Source of the DNA: a virus
DNA length: 64,000 bases
Virus record (IMG/VR): IMGVR_UViG_3300025138_000014
Location: 1 to 64,000 of that record
Reading direction: 5' to 3' (one strand)
Positions 48,897 through 58,769 of the stretch are shown here, one piece after another; position 1 is the first letter of the stretch, and each line of letters opens with the position of its first letter. The translations under genes were made by a program, and so were the position numbers. Below the pieces are notes generated by a model that worked only from the letters and a program-made list of their open reading frames with translations, was not told the origin of the DNA and did no database searches.

Positions 48897-50080
48897 TGGC
48901 GATGCAAGAATCATATTGTAAGCAAATGAGATATTCTGGACCAGAAAGTCTAGCACCATCAGATGCTACAAAGTTTGATGTTTTAATTCAAATGGAAGTA
49001 TTAGCTGGATGTGAGCAAGGATGTTTAGGTTGTTTTGTAGATAAGGCTATTGATCCAAAAAGTAATCAGCAAATTATTGATCGTGCTAAAGAACTGGCAG
49101 ATGGTGTAAAAAGAACTGGTCTTAATTTAAGAGAATTTGTTATAGGACCAACGGATCTGTTTTCTGCTAAAAACACTAAAGAAGTATTGGAGAATAAAGT
49201 TGTCCAAGAAATTATGCGAGAACATACAGGCGCTAGAATTGCATCCCCTGCAAAATTTGATAAAGCGCCTATGGAAAAAGTTAGAGAAATATTTGATATC
49301 CTAGATGATGAGAATAAATTCCGTCGTGATATGATTATTGAGTTTATTATGCCTATTGGCCGTATTAACGAGATGTTAGATGACGAGGACTATTATAAGT
49401 CTGTTATGGAAAAAGTTGACTTTTTTAAGAACGATACTCCTAAGATGATGGATTGGTCTTGGACTTTACAGGCTTCAAATGTAGTCGGTAAACAAATAGA
49501 CAAAGAAAAATACAACAGACTTATTAAAAGATCAGTTGAAGATTTTGGTACTATCATGGAAATGAACCCAGCGTTCTCCCGTGCACCAAATCAGATAATT
49601 CAAAGAAAAAATCTATTCGGTTGGAATAAATTCCTTAGTTCTGTTATTGATGAAGATAATGCTAAAGAGACAGTAATGTCCATGGCTAATTTATATTGTA
49701 ATTCAATAAACTTTATTGGTATTACTATTGTACCCGGAGAAAATGGACCGACTACACATCTTAATGTTATGCTTCACGAGCAAGCATTTTTCTTATCAAA
49801 TAAAAATCTTGATGTTACTGGACTTACATTTGAAGAAATTCTACAACGTAAACACGAGTTGGTTACAAAAGGTATAAATAAATCAAGTAAGGTAAAAGAT
49901 TGTCAAGACTGCCAGTTCGCTATGGCTTGTGCAAATAGATTAGTATTTGAGGCTCAAGAGTCAATGAATATTAATGGTTGTGTTTTACCAAAAGAAACAT
50001 TAGAGCATTATAATCCATTCGACTTTACATGGAATGACGATGCAGAAAAATATAATATGAAAAACGGAGCAAGAGCATGA
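48896..50080 (+). CDS. divergent radical SAM enzyme (IGPTD type)
   Basis: Likely start ATG 48896 (TAATG coupling); 'GCEQGCLGCFV', 'IGPTD', C-terminal 'CQDCQFAMAC...GC'. Confidence 0.85.
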   Translation: MAMQESYCKQMRYSGPESLAPSDATKFDVLIQMEVLAGCEQGCLGCFVDKAIDPKSNQQIIDRAKELADGVKRTGLNLREFVIGPTDLFSAKNTKEVLENKVVQEIMREHTGARIASPAKFDKAPMEKVREIFDILDDENKFRRDMIIEFIMPIGRINEMLDDEDYYKSVMEKVDFFKNDTPKMMDWSWTLQASNVVGKQIDKEKYNRLIKRSVEDFGTIMEMNPAFSRAPNQIIQRKNLFGWNKFLSSVIDEDNAKETVMSMANLYCNSINFIGITIVPGENGPTTHLNVMLHEQAFFLSNKNLDVTGLTFEEILQRKHELVTKGINKSSKVKDCQDCQFAMACANRLVFEAQESMNINGCVLPKETLEHYNPFDFTWNDDAEKYNMKNGARA

Positions 50081-51183
50081 TTGGTCAAAATCTATACTAT
50101 CTTAACAGTTCAAAATATGTGAGTAATACGAGCAATCTTGGAACAGTAATCGGTGAATTAAACTCATACTACCACACCAAAACTCCTAGAAATATAGTTA
50201 TTGTTCATATGCAAAATGGTGCACAACATATAGCCGGAGCGCATGAACACATTGCCAATGAAATTAGAGCAGGTGCTGCAGATTTAATTAGCTATAAGAC
50301 TTGGGACGAAGTTGACAATATTGATTATATTCAGAATAGTGAAAAAGCAATTATTCTGTTTGCTACAGTTGAAGATATGATAACAGTCTTGGTAAGATAT
50401 ACAGCTGGGCTTATAAAAGCGTCAGGTTTCTATCCAGCAGATTCAGACTTCCAAGCCATAACCAGTGCATTTGTAAATAAGATATTTGATGTTGACTTAA
50501 TGTTTACATATATTAATAATCACGAAATTGTTGCTGATATTCCTGGTCACTTAACTTCTTTTTGGGCAGGCGATACTAGACCAGCAGGTAGAAACACTCC
50601 TTATGAAGTAATTTTCCAGAATGGTAAAAACTTCAGCTATGATCTTTTGTTTTTCTTAAATGATTATTATAGATGTAGCGGAGTCCAAGGTTTAATTAAA
50701 GAGAAATTTACAGTTCATCAATCTACTATGGCACAAGATGTTATGGAACACTTTACATCACGTCGGCACTATATGGCTTATATTTTATCAGTCATTGATT
50801 GGATGAATGCAAATGTGTCACGTAACTCTCAATATGCTACAGATAAGAAACCATGGATTGTTGATGCTTATATCACTAAAGCCAATTCTGGCAACTATAC
50901 AGCTGCTTTTTATAAGCTGGAAGAGTTATGGAACCTAGTCAAAGATGATACGGCATTTATTGCAGCACACCAAGACAAAGCTGATTCGGATGCTACTGGT
51001 TGGGAATATATGGATTTATATACAGAATTTAAAAATGTATTTCCCATTGTCAGAAAAGTTTTACAGAATGATTTTGATATGAATAATCTTACTATGGAAT
51101 TAAGGCTTATTAATACAGACGTTCAGTTTTTCTCAAAAAGACAAAACAGGATCCCATACTTAATTCACAAATACCCTTTATAG
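50077..51183 (+). CDS. hypothetical protein (368 aa)
   Basis: Coupled ORF (ATGA); possibly distant paralog of 31421..32569. Confidence 0.75.
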   Translation: MIGQNLYYLNSSKYVSNTSNLGTVIGELNSYYHTKTPRNIVIVHMQNGAQHIAGAHEHIANEIRAGAADLISYKTWDEVDNIDYIQNSEKAIILFATVEDMITVLVRYTAGLIKASGFYPADSDFQAITSAFVNKIFDVDLMFTYINNHEIVADIPGHLTSFWAGDTRPAGRNTPYEVIFQNGKNFSYDLLFFLNDYYRCSGVQGLIKEKFTVHQSTMAQDVMEHFTSRRHYMAYILSVIDWMNANVSRNSQYATDKKPWIVDAYITKANSGNYTAAFYKLEELWNLVKDDTAFIAAHQDKADSDATGWEYMDLYTEFKNVFPIVRKVLQNDFDMNNLTMELRLINTDVQFFSKRQNRIPYLIHKYPL

Positions 51184-51197
51184 GATTATAATATATC

Positions 51198-51962
51198 ATG
51201 AATGAAAAAACAGACATTGAAGCTAAGTGCTATGTGCTACCATTAGCACCTCAAGACTTAGTGGGAATTTACAAGCATAAAGAAACTGTTGAAGATTTTA
51301 CTTTATGGGTAGATTATTTAATATCTAAAGAAAAGCTATCAGCAAAACACATAATTATATATTTGGCTAATACTAATTTTAGAGCATCATTTGCGCAAAT
51401 TGATGATGATCTTATTCGTGAGTATATTAAATCAGATTTCATGGTAGATTGCCCTTTACTTGCAAGGATAGTTGTTCTAATAGTTAAACATTATTATAGA
51501 CATGAACCAAATGAACAAGAGCGTGAATTGTATAGTATATTCTCACCTTCAAATATTAATATTTTTATCAGAGATAATAACGATCTAGTCAAAGAGTTAG
51601 TTCGTACTATAGCAAGTGCTATACCATTTGTATTAAATAAATTTTATGATGGTCTTGACGAAGAGGGTAAAGAAAAAGAAATTAATATAAGAGAATTTGT
51701 AAACGATATTACTATAGCAGATAAACCATCTAATTGCGGTCCGAATATTGCTAGATTGCTCACAGTAGGTTTTGATGCATTCTTACTTATTATTCAAAAA
51801 GAAGGCTTGTCTATGGAATACAATAAGCAAGTTTATAACGATGCTCCTAAATTTCTGGGAAAAGATTTATATTTTATTTTCTGTAACACTAAAATTACAG
51901 ATCATATTATGGATTTCTTTCCTGACGACTGGATAAAATCATATGATAGTACATCTGAATGA
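51198..51962 (+). CDS. hypothetical protein (254 aa), paralog of 30763..31437
   Basis: Shared motifs as noted for 30763. Confidence 0.75.
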   Translation: MNEKTDIEAKCYVLPLAPQDLVGIYKHKETVEDFTLWVDYLISKEKLSAKHIIIYLANTNFRASFAQIDDDLIREYIKSDFMVDCPLLARIVVLIVKHYYRHEPNEQERELYSIFSPSNINIFIRDNNDLVKELVRTIASAIPFVLNKFYDGLDEEGKEKEINIREFVNDITIADKPSNCGPNIARLLTVGFDAFLLIIQKEGLSMEYNKQVYNDAPKFLGKDLYFIFCNTKITDHIMDFFPDDWIKSYDSTSE

Positions 51963-52965
51963 TACATATGCTGGATACTGGAATTTCAAAAAAGATAAAT
52001 CTCCAGTAAATCAGGCATTTTTAAGAACAGAGATCAACCTTGACATTCTTCACGGCTGTAGCCAGATGTGTCCAGGCTGTTTTATTCCCAGAAAAAACTT
52101 AACTGATCCAAATGGAATGATAGAACTTCATAAGTTGCTTATCAATGGGCAATTTTATCCAGATGAAATCACTATTGGTCCAACTGATATATTTGATGCA
52201 GAAAATTTTGATGAAGTTATGAGACATCCTGGGCTCAAACTTCTTTATGAAATATCAGGTGTCGGATATACAACTACTTTACTACAACATGAAGAAGTTG
52301 TAAAGAGAAAACTTGCTATGATCTGGGATATTTATCAGCACATACATAGAATGCCAGATATGGATTTCAAAATTGTATTTGATATTGACAAATATCTTGA
52401 TGGAGAACTAGATGATTGGTATAAAAAATTAGAGTTATTCAATCTAGGTTCCGTTCAATTTAGGGTAAACTACCATAAAGGTGTGTTTGATAGAATTGGA
52501 TATAATGAGTTATGTAAAAGAGTTAAAGAGGATTTTAATACTCCGATTATTATTACTCCAAGTTTCTTAACTGATAGAAATGTAAGAGGAAAGGTTGATC
52601 AACATCTTGCTTCATTTAGACAAGAGTTATTAGATCAGAAAATAGATAGAGAATGGCTTCAGTATTATACATTCTTTGACGCCGAGTTTAATGGACTTGG
52701 TTGCCAGAACTATTCTTTTTATAATGGAAAGCTATATACAAATCCATTTTTATATGATAATATAATCCAGAGAACACCTAAGTTTGAAACAACTATGGAT
52801 GAAAATACCCTGTTTGATAATATAGATTATGCTCAACAGGTAGATGACTGTAATGGGTGTGAATATATGATGAGTTGTGCAGAGCGCAATATTCACTTAT
52901 ATATGGAGTCACGTAATTTGGAATCATGCGTTGCTCTTAAAGAGTATATGTATGCCCCTCATTAA
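51943..52965 (+). CDS. divergent radical SAM enzyme (IGPTD type)
   Basis: 'GCSQMCPGCFI', 'IGPTD', 'CNGCEYMMSC...C'. Confidence 0.85.
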   Translation: MIVHLNDTYAGYWNFKKDKSPVNQAFLRTEINLDILHGCSQMCPGCFIPRKNLTDPNGMIELHKLLINGQFYPDEITIGPTDIFDAENFDEVMRHPGLKLLYEISGVGYTTTLLQHEEVVKRKLAMIWDIYQHIHRMPDMDFKIVFDIDKYLDGELDDWYKKLELFNLGSVQFRVNYHKGVFDRIGYNELCKRVKEDFNTPIIITPSFLTDRNVRGKVDQHLASFRQELLDQKIDREWLQYYTFFDAEFNGLGCQNYSFYNGKLYTNPFLYDNIIQRTPKFETTMDENTLFDNIDYAQQVDDCNGCEYMMSCAERNIHLYMESRNLESCVALKEYMYAPH

Positions 52966-54115
52966 AAATAATCTATTCTATGAATTAACTACAGAGACAC
53001 AAACCAAACCAGTATCAGCCGTAAAACTTCAGCTTGATGTATTAGACGGATGCCATCATAAGTGTCCGGGTTGTTTTGTTCACAGACGTGGTAATTCTAG
53101 TAATAAACATCAGTTAAGTGATGCTAAAAAATTCATAAGAAGTATAACAGACCAGGGTATTCTAGTTGATGAAATGCTTATTGGTCCTACAGATTTTCTT
53201 GCTTCAGAAAATTTCTATGAAGTTATGCCAGATCTGTTAGATATAATTAATGAAAATTCTCCTATTCTTGCATTTGTTTCAACTCTTATTGATGGAGACT
53301 TGAAGCGATGGACTCAATATATTACAGATAATATTAATATCAATACTGAAATAGAAATTGGTATTGCTACAAATCCTGCAAAGTTTTATGAAGAAGGCTA
53401 TAGACAACTGATTCAAGATAAGTTAGATTATATAGATAAGAATTTGGAACACGAGGTAACTTATACTTTTGTTGTAAATATTAGAGATTATGGTATTGAC
53501 TATGAAAAATTACATAACCATTCTGTCGTTTGTTTTAAAACGGTTTTAGACTTTGTTCCGTCTGTTAGTAGGTCACATAAGAATTACCTCATATTAAAGA
53601 TTTTAGATAAATTTAACGTGTTTTTTAATGAGCTAAGTGCTTATAAAGAAAGCAAAATAAATAACATTATGGTAGACCATTCACACGGTGGTCTGAATTA
53701 TACTGTTTTAAACTACAAGACAGGCAAGTGGTATTTAAGTCCTTTTATGTATGAGAACATGGCTATCTATGATGATATGTTTCATATAGATAATTTCAAT
53801 GATGTTACTGCTATTGTGGAGAAACAGATACAAAGAGCAAAAGGAACTGAGTGCGAAGATTGCCCTCTATTCTTTAGTTGCTATAATAGAAAAATTATAT
53901 TACTCAGAGATTATCTTGGCGTTGATAGATGTATTGCACCTAAAGAAAACATGATGGCACATATACATAACTACAACGGTCCTGCTCAGACTATGTATGA
54001 CTGGGATGGTTATTCAGTTGAGAACGATAAAAACGGATATAGAAAAAAGTTTTTAGTGACTCAAGAGAATGACCCAGAATTAGAACGACTCAGAGAAATA
54101 TCCTATGTTAAATAA
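52952..54115 (+). CDS. divergent radical SAM enzyme (IGPTD type)
   Basis: Likely start ATG 52952 (MPLIKNN); 'GCHHKCPGCFV', 'IGPTD', 'CEDCPLFFSC...C'. Confidence 0.85.
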   Translation: MPLIKNNLFYELTTETQTKPVSAVKLQLDVLDGCHHKCPGCFVHRRGNSSNKHQLSDAKKFIRSITDQGILVDEMLIGPTDFLASENFYEVMPDLLDIINENSPILAFVSTLIDGDLKRWTQYITDNININTEIEIGIATNPAKFYEEGYRQLIQDKLDYIDKNLEHEVTYTFVVNIRDYGIDYEKLHNHSVVCFKTVLDFVPSVSRSHKNYLILKILDKFNVFFNELSAYKESKINNIMVDHSHGGLNYTVLNYKTGKWYLSPFMYENMAIYDDMFHIDNFNDVTAIVEKQIQRAKGTECEDCPLFFSCYNRKIILLRDYLGVDRCIAPKENMMAHIHNYNGPAQTMYDWDGYSVENDKNGYRKKFLVTQENDPELERLREISYVK

Positions 54116-55241
54116 CGATTGGGCAGACATTGTAAATAACGGCAAAATGTTAGAAGAATATTCTGCAATTAGCCAAATGAAACAATACAAGATTCAAGTA
54201 ACTCTTGAGCTGCTTGAAGGCTGTTCTTATCTTTGCCCGGGTTGTTTTGTAAAACGTAGGGGTAATTGGCATCCAAAATCAATAGCATTATTTCATAGTT
54301 TAGCATATGAACTTAAAGATAGAACTGATATTGTTCTTGATGATATTGTTATCGGACCTACAGATTTCTATGGCGCAGAAAACTTAGAAGAAATACTTGA
54401 TGATCCTAGATTGGCTGATGCTATTCTTATGATGCCTGAGGATAATAGAAACATACAACATAACTGTTCTATTTTAGGTTCTCTATCTGAAAAAGATATT
54501 GAGAGTAAAATTAAGAAAGTTGAAAATTCTAGGCTGGGAGCTGTAGTTAAATGTTGGGATGTGCAAATTGCACTAGATTTAAATAGGTTACTTAACGATG
54601 ATGATTATAGACAAGCACTTGAAAATAGAGTAAAGATGTTTGAAGATAGTTCACTAGAATTTGAAATATCAATGGCAACTAACATTGTAAATAATATTGA
54701 AAGTATATTATTTGAAGCCATAAATTACACTAGAGAAAAATATTCTACAGTTATAGAAATACTTCCATCTGTAGTTAGGTCATTAAGTGCTAATAGCAAA
54801 CATGCCGTGAAACTATTTAAGTGGAACTCCATGCTTGATACTTTTGCCAAAGAGCCGGATTTTAAAAATAAGTTTCATTTCCTACAAGGAGATATATCTC
54901 ATAAGACTTTTCAATATGCAGTTGTTAATATACATTTTGGAAAGTTTTATGCTTCACCATTTATTTATGAAAATGCTCAGATTTATAAAGAATCATTTGA
55001 AATTAAAATTAATGATTCTATCCATGAATCTATACTAGCACATAAAGATGCAATTGTAAACAAACAAATAGAAAGTAGTGCAAATAAAGAGTGTGGTTCT
55101 TGTAAATATTTAACCATATGTTCTCATAGAATGATTCCACAAGTAATGGACACATTTTTTAAAGACCGATATGAGTGCATATTAAATAAAGATGTAATAA
55201 GTATCTGGGATTATGAGGTGTATCGTGGGAATAGTTATTAA
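54105..55241 (+). CDS. divergent radical SAM enzyme (IGPTD type)
   Basis: 'GCSYLCPGCFV', 'IGPTD', 'CGSCKYLTIC...C'. Confidence 0.85.
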   Translation: MLNNDWADIVNNGKMLEEYSAISQMKQYKIQVTLELLEGCSYLCPGCFVKRRGNWHPKSIALFHSLAYELKDRTDIVLDDIVIGPTDFYGAENLEEILDDPRLADAILMMPEDNRNIQHNCSILGSLSEKDIESKIKKVENSRLGAVVKCWDVQIALDLNRLLNDDDYRQALENRVKMFEDSSLEFEISMATNIVNNIESILFEAINYTREKYSTVIEILPSVVRSLSANSKHAVKLFKWNSMLDTFAKEPDFKNKFHFLQGDISHKTFQYAVVNIHFGKFYASPFIYENAQIYKESFEIKINDSIHESILAHKDAIVNKQIESSANKECGSCKYLTICSHRMIPQVMDTFFKDRYECILNKDVISIWDYEVYRGNSY

Positions 55242-56241
55242 CAATAAAAGAGCTGCCCAAGCAGATGCAGACTTTGATGTAAGTTTAGGTCAAGGACATG
55301 AAATAAAAGTCCAGTTCAATTGTGAGATATTATCTGGCTGTGAGTTTAAATGTAAAGGATGTTTTGTTAATAAATTAGGCAACAATGTTGGGTCATTTGA
55401 TAGGTTAAACAATGCCATTGATCTGTTTAGCGCAAATGGATATAGAGTATCAACAATTAATATCGGACCCACAGATTTATTCGGTAATAATAATGTTATT
55501 GAGTTATTGAAAGATGAAACCTTTCGTGAATGTTTAAGCAAAGTTTCTACTATACAATTCGTCACGACCCTAATAAACATTTCGTCAGAAGTAATTGATT
55601 TACTTAACAGCATACCTAAAATAGATGGGTTTATGTATGATGCAAACATAGCTTTACAACCACCAGTAAATTGGGATATGATAGAGGAACGGCTAAAACT
55701 ACTCAACGGTTTTACCGATGATCTAAATTATTATATGGTTTATAATATGGGTAATGATGACGAGTACAATAATAAAGTATTAGAAATGTCTGATATTGTA
55801 GATGATAGATTTGATTCTATTCTTACATTAAATCCATCATTCTTTAGAGCGCCAAAAAGTAAAGTACAAACACATCTAATTGAGAAGTGGAAAAATTATG
55901 ACTTTTCACCTGACTTATATCCAAAGACAATTATTGATAAATCGCAAGGTGGAAGTCTTGAACTAAATTACACATACTGTAATGGTAGGTTTTTCTGGAC
56001 TCCATTTGTATATGATATTGCTATGATCGGAACTAAGGAGTTTGAAGTCAAAGATGAGAACGATATTGAATCTTGGACTGAAGCTAAATCATTTCAATTT
56101 ATGAAACAATTAACGTATTCTAGTGAAACGGAAAACTGTGGTTCTTGCGGTAACATGATGACTTGTATAGACAAAGGGGTTCTAAGTTATATGGAACATC
56201 ATTCAATTAAATCTTGTGTCTTTCCTGGAGTCTTTTCATAA
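55213..56241 (+). CDS. divergent radical SAM enzyme (IGPTD type)
   Basis: 'GCEFKCKGCFV', 'IGPTD', 'CGSCGNMMTC...C'. Confidence 0.85.
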   Translation: MRCIVGIVINNKRAAQADADFDVSLGQGHEIKVQFNCEILSGCEFKCKGCFVNKLGNNVGSFDRLNNAIDLFSANGYRVSTINIGPTDLFGNNNVIELLKDETFRECLSKVSTIQFVTTLINISSEVIDLLNSIPKIDGFMYDANIALQPPVNWDMIEERLKLLNGFTDDLNYYMVYNMGNDDEYNNKVLEMSDIVDDRFDSILTLNPSFFRAPKSKVQTHLIEKWKNYDFSPDLYPKTIIDKSQGGSLELNYTYCNGRFFWTPFVYDIAMIGTKEFEVKDENDIESWTEAKSFQFMKQLTYSSETENCGSCGNMMTCIDKGVLSYMEHHSIKSCVFPGVFS

Positions 56242-57323
56242 TCAAATCCTGTTATAAGATTTTGACCAGTTTTATCCATGTAATTAAACCACATTCTCAT
56301 AATACAATCTGGTAAATCTCTCTCACGATTTTTCCAGTCCCATTGTGTATAGCATCTAAATCCACACTTGTTGTACCACTTACATGATAAGCAACCATTT
56401 TCATCCATATAAGCCTGCATCATGCCAGTATTATCTTTACGCTCAAACTTTGTATTAAAGTCCCTTTGATCGTATCTATCCCATCTACAATTAGATGTAG
56501 AATTATCTGGAAATATGGTAACTTTATTCAGAGCCAAACAGTGCATGTGATTAGACTCATTATAGATTAGATCCTTAATAGGGTTAATATCAGGATAGTT
56601 GTGATATACAAACTTTAGAAACTCCAGATATTTACTATCGGACGGAATCATATAATCATATCCACGGTCTGGAATATAATCGTCAAAATAGAAGTTGTCA
56701 AATTTATCATACAGATAATGAAAATACTCATCATCATCTGCCATGAACTTTTCTATACTGAGAGTAGTTGCTACCATATTAATTGAAGTAATATAATCAG
56801 CAAAATATTCAATGTTCTTTGCGTAGGGACCTTTTGTTGGTCTCCCGTCAAAGTCATAAGAGCAAATAATAAAGCTAGGTATATCAATAGCATTTAAATC
56901 ATCTAATAACTTTTTTAGTCTTTCTCTTTTACTAAATTGAAAAGAAGTAACCCACACAATTTTTATTGTTTGATCATGCTCGTCATAAATCTTTTTAACA
57001 GCTACTAGGAAATCATAATAATATGGATAAAACTCTTCCGATATTCTATCTTGAAATAATTCTCCTCCAAGCATATTGATCTGAATAATATCAGCACGAC
57101 CTTTCATCTTTATAACGTGTTCTTCAACCAATTCAAGCTTTGAAAATATACCCTCACGAGATAGTCCAACTTCAGACTTTTTATCATGGTGGCAGAACGA
57201 GCAGTTGAGATGACAATTCTCAAATAGAGTCATCTCAATCTCTGCTATATCAGGCCGTTTAGCCTCAAGCAAAGTTCTTGTAAAATCATATTCTGGGTTC
57301 GACTGAACCTTAGAGTTGATCAA
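56199..57323 (-). CDS. radical SAM/SPASM-like enzyme, paralog of 32570
   Basis: 'LFENCHLNCSFC', 'MLGGELFQD', 'CLSCKWYNKCGFRC...C'. Confidence 0.9.
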   Translation of the reverse strand: MINSKVQSNPEYDFTRTLLEAKRPDIAEIEMTLFENCHLNCSFCHHDKKSEVGLSREGIFSKLELVEEHVIKMKGRADIIQINMLGGELFQDRISEEFYPYYYDFLVAVKKIYDEHDQTIKIVWVTSFQFSKRERLKKLLDDLNAIDIPSFIICSYDFDGRPTKGPYAKNIEYFADYITSINMVATTLSIEKFMADDDEYFHYLYDKFDNFYFDDYIPDRGYDYMIPSDSKYLEFLKFVYHNYPDINPIKDLIYNESNHMHCLALNKVTIFPDNSTSNCRWDRYDQRDFNTKFERKDNTGMMQAYMDENGCLSCKWYNKCGFRCYTQWDWKNRERDLPDCIMRMWFNYMDKTGQNLITGFDYEKTPGKTQDLIE

Positions 57324-57717
57324 ACATCATTTCCTCTTCATAGTATTTCCTTATATCTGGAACCATTCCTCTGCTTTCATCCCAATCTTCAAGTACAATA
57401 TCTAGGATAGCATGATAAACATCTGGATCGGTAGTATATCTTTTAAAGTATGGATCGTTATTAAAAAGTAAATCTACATCATCTAGTGCGGCAAAGAAGT
57501 CTTCGTTAAAATCTTCGGAGATCCATTTAGCATAACAGATAGCCACGGCATATGATTTTGCTGGATAAAGCCAAATATCCACTTTCTCATAAAAGTGCAT
57601 GATTGCATTATTAATAATTTCTTCATCAATAACAATATCAACTTTGTTTAGATCATCTTCATGTTCTGTTACCATATGGTGAAATGCTTTTTGTCTTACT
57701 TTCCATTCCTGCATCAC
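57310..57717 (-). CDS. hypothetical protein (135 aa, acidic)
   Basis: Coupled ORF between two radical SAM genes. Confidence 0.75.
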   Translation of the reverse strand: MMQEWKVRQKAFHHMVTEHEDDLNKVDIVIDEEIINNAIMHFYEKVDIWLYPAKSYAVAICYAKWISEDFNEDFFAALDDVDLLFNNDPYFKRYTTDPDVYHAILDIVLEDWDESRGMVPDIRKYYEEEMMFDQL

Positions 57718-58769
57718 GCAACTCCTTCTAAATACATTTGCGATTCATCAACATAAGGTGTAATAGCATTTTCACTCATACCATTCATCTTTAATATTTG
57801 AGGTGCTAGTCCTTTCATCTGTTTACAATGTGCTTCAACAGTCTTTTCTCTTTTCATGTCACGTACTGTCTTTTTACAACCATTACATATTTCAAACATA
57901 GGACAACTAAAGCAAGACATTTTCATAGACTGAATATTTGGATCATGCTGTAACGGAGTTTGCATTTTTCCATTCATCTCTTCCTCAAAGTTGATTGGAT
58001 AATCCATATCATCTGCAAAAGAGCCACATGAATAATAATCTCCACCTGGATTAAATGCTCTAATTCCTTCATCACATTTTCTATTTTGCGGACAAGTTGT
58101 AGCACTTCCACCCAGCCGTCTTACCAACTGCTTTGTATTATATTCCCATTCGGTAAGACCTTGGTTATACACGTCAACGTAAATGGCATACATCTTACTT
58201 AATCTGTAAGTACTGCCTTGAACTCCAGAAGCCATAGCATAATTTAATTTACATTCGACATTCATTTCTTTAGCCAGCTTCACATTATCAATAGCACGAT
58301 AATCACTCATATCAGTCATAACGGAAATAAAGTCTGCTCTTTCACCGCAATACTTCAACATAGCATCTTGGCATCTCCAAAAGTCCTCTACAGTAAATTC
58401 GGTAAAATCACCTTTTAATCTACCACCACCAAATTGGAAAGATGTAGCAATACCCATTCGTTCGTGATTAAATAGATCAACCCACTTTTGTGGCTTCATT
58501 AAGAATGGCCATAAGTTTGTAGTGAAACTGATACTGGCTTTATAGTCATGTTCATCTAAGTGATCAATTAGATCCCAATAATATTTGGGCTTGACCATAA
58601 GTGGATCGCCACCATTAATAATTAAAGTATTGGTTTCTGGGTATCTTTTAAGGAATCTGTAGATATAATCTAAATCTAGTAACCCGGCTTTATCTGGGTC
58701 AATAGCGGTAGATGAACAGAATGAGCATTTAAAGTTACACGCTTCTGTAGGTTTAATAATTAGATCCAT
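57714..58769 (-). CDS. radical SAM/SPASM-domain enzyme
   Basis: 'KPTEACNFKCSFC', 'NGGDPL', 'CP....C...YSC...CFSCPMFEICNGC...C'. Confidence 0.92.
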   Translation of the reverse strand: MDLIIKPTEACNFKCSFCSSTAIDPDKAGLLDLDYIYRFLKRYPETNTLIINGGDPLMVKPKYYWDLIDHLDEHDYKASISFTTNLWPFLMKPQKWVDLFNHERMGIATSFQFGGGRLKGDFTEFTVEDFWRCQDAMLKYCGERADFISVMTDMSDYRAIDNVKLAKEMNVECKLNYAMASGVQGSTYRLSKMYAIYVDVYNQGLTEWEYNTKQLVRRLGGSATTCPQNRKCDEGIRAFNPGGDYYSCGSFADDMDYPINFEEEMNGKMQTPLQHDPNIQSMKMSCFSCPMFEICNGCKKTVRDMKREKTVEAHCKQMKGLAPQILKMNGMSENAITPYVDESQMYLEGVA

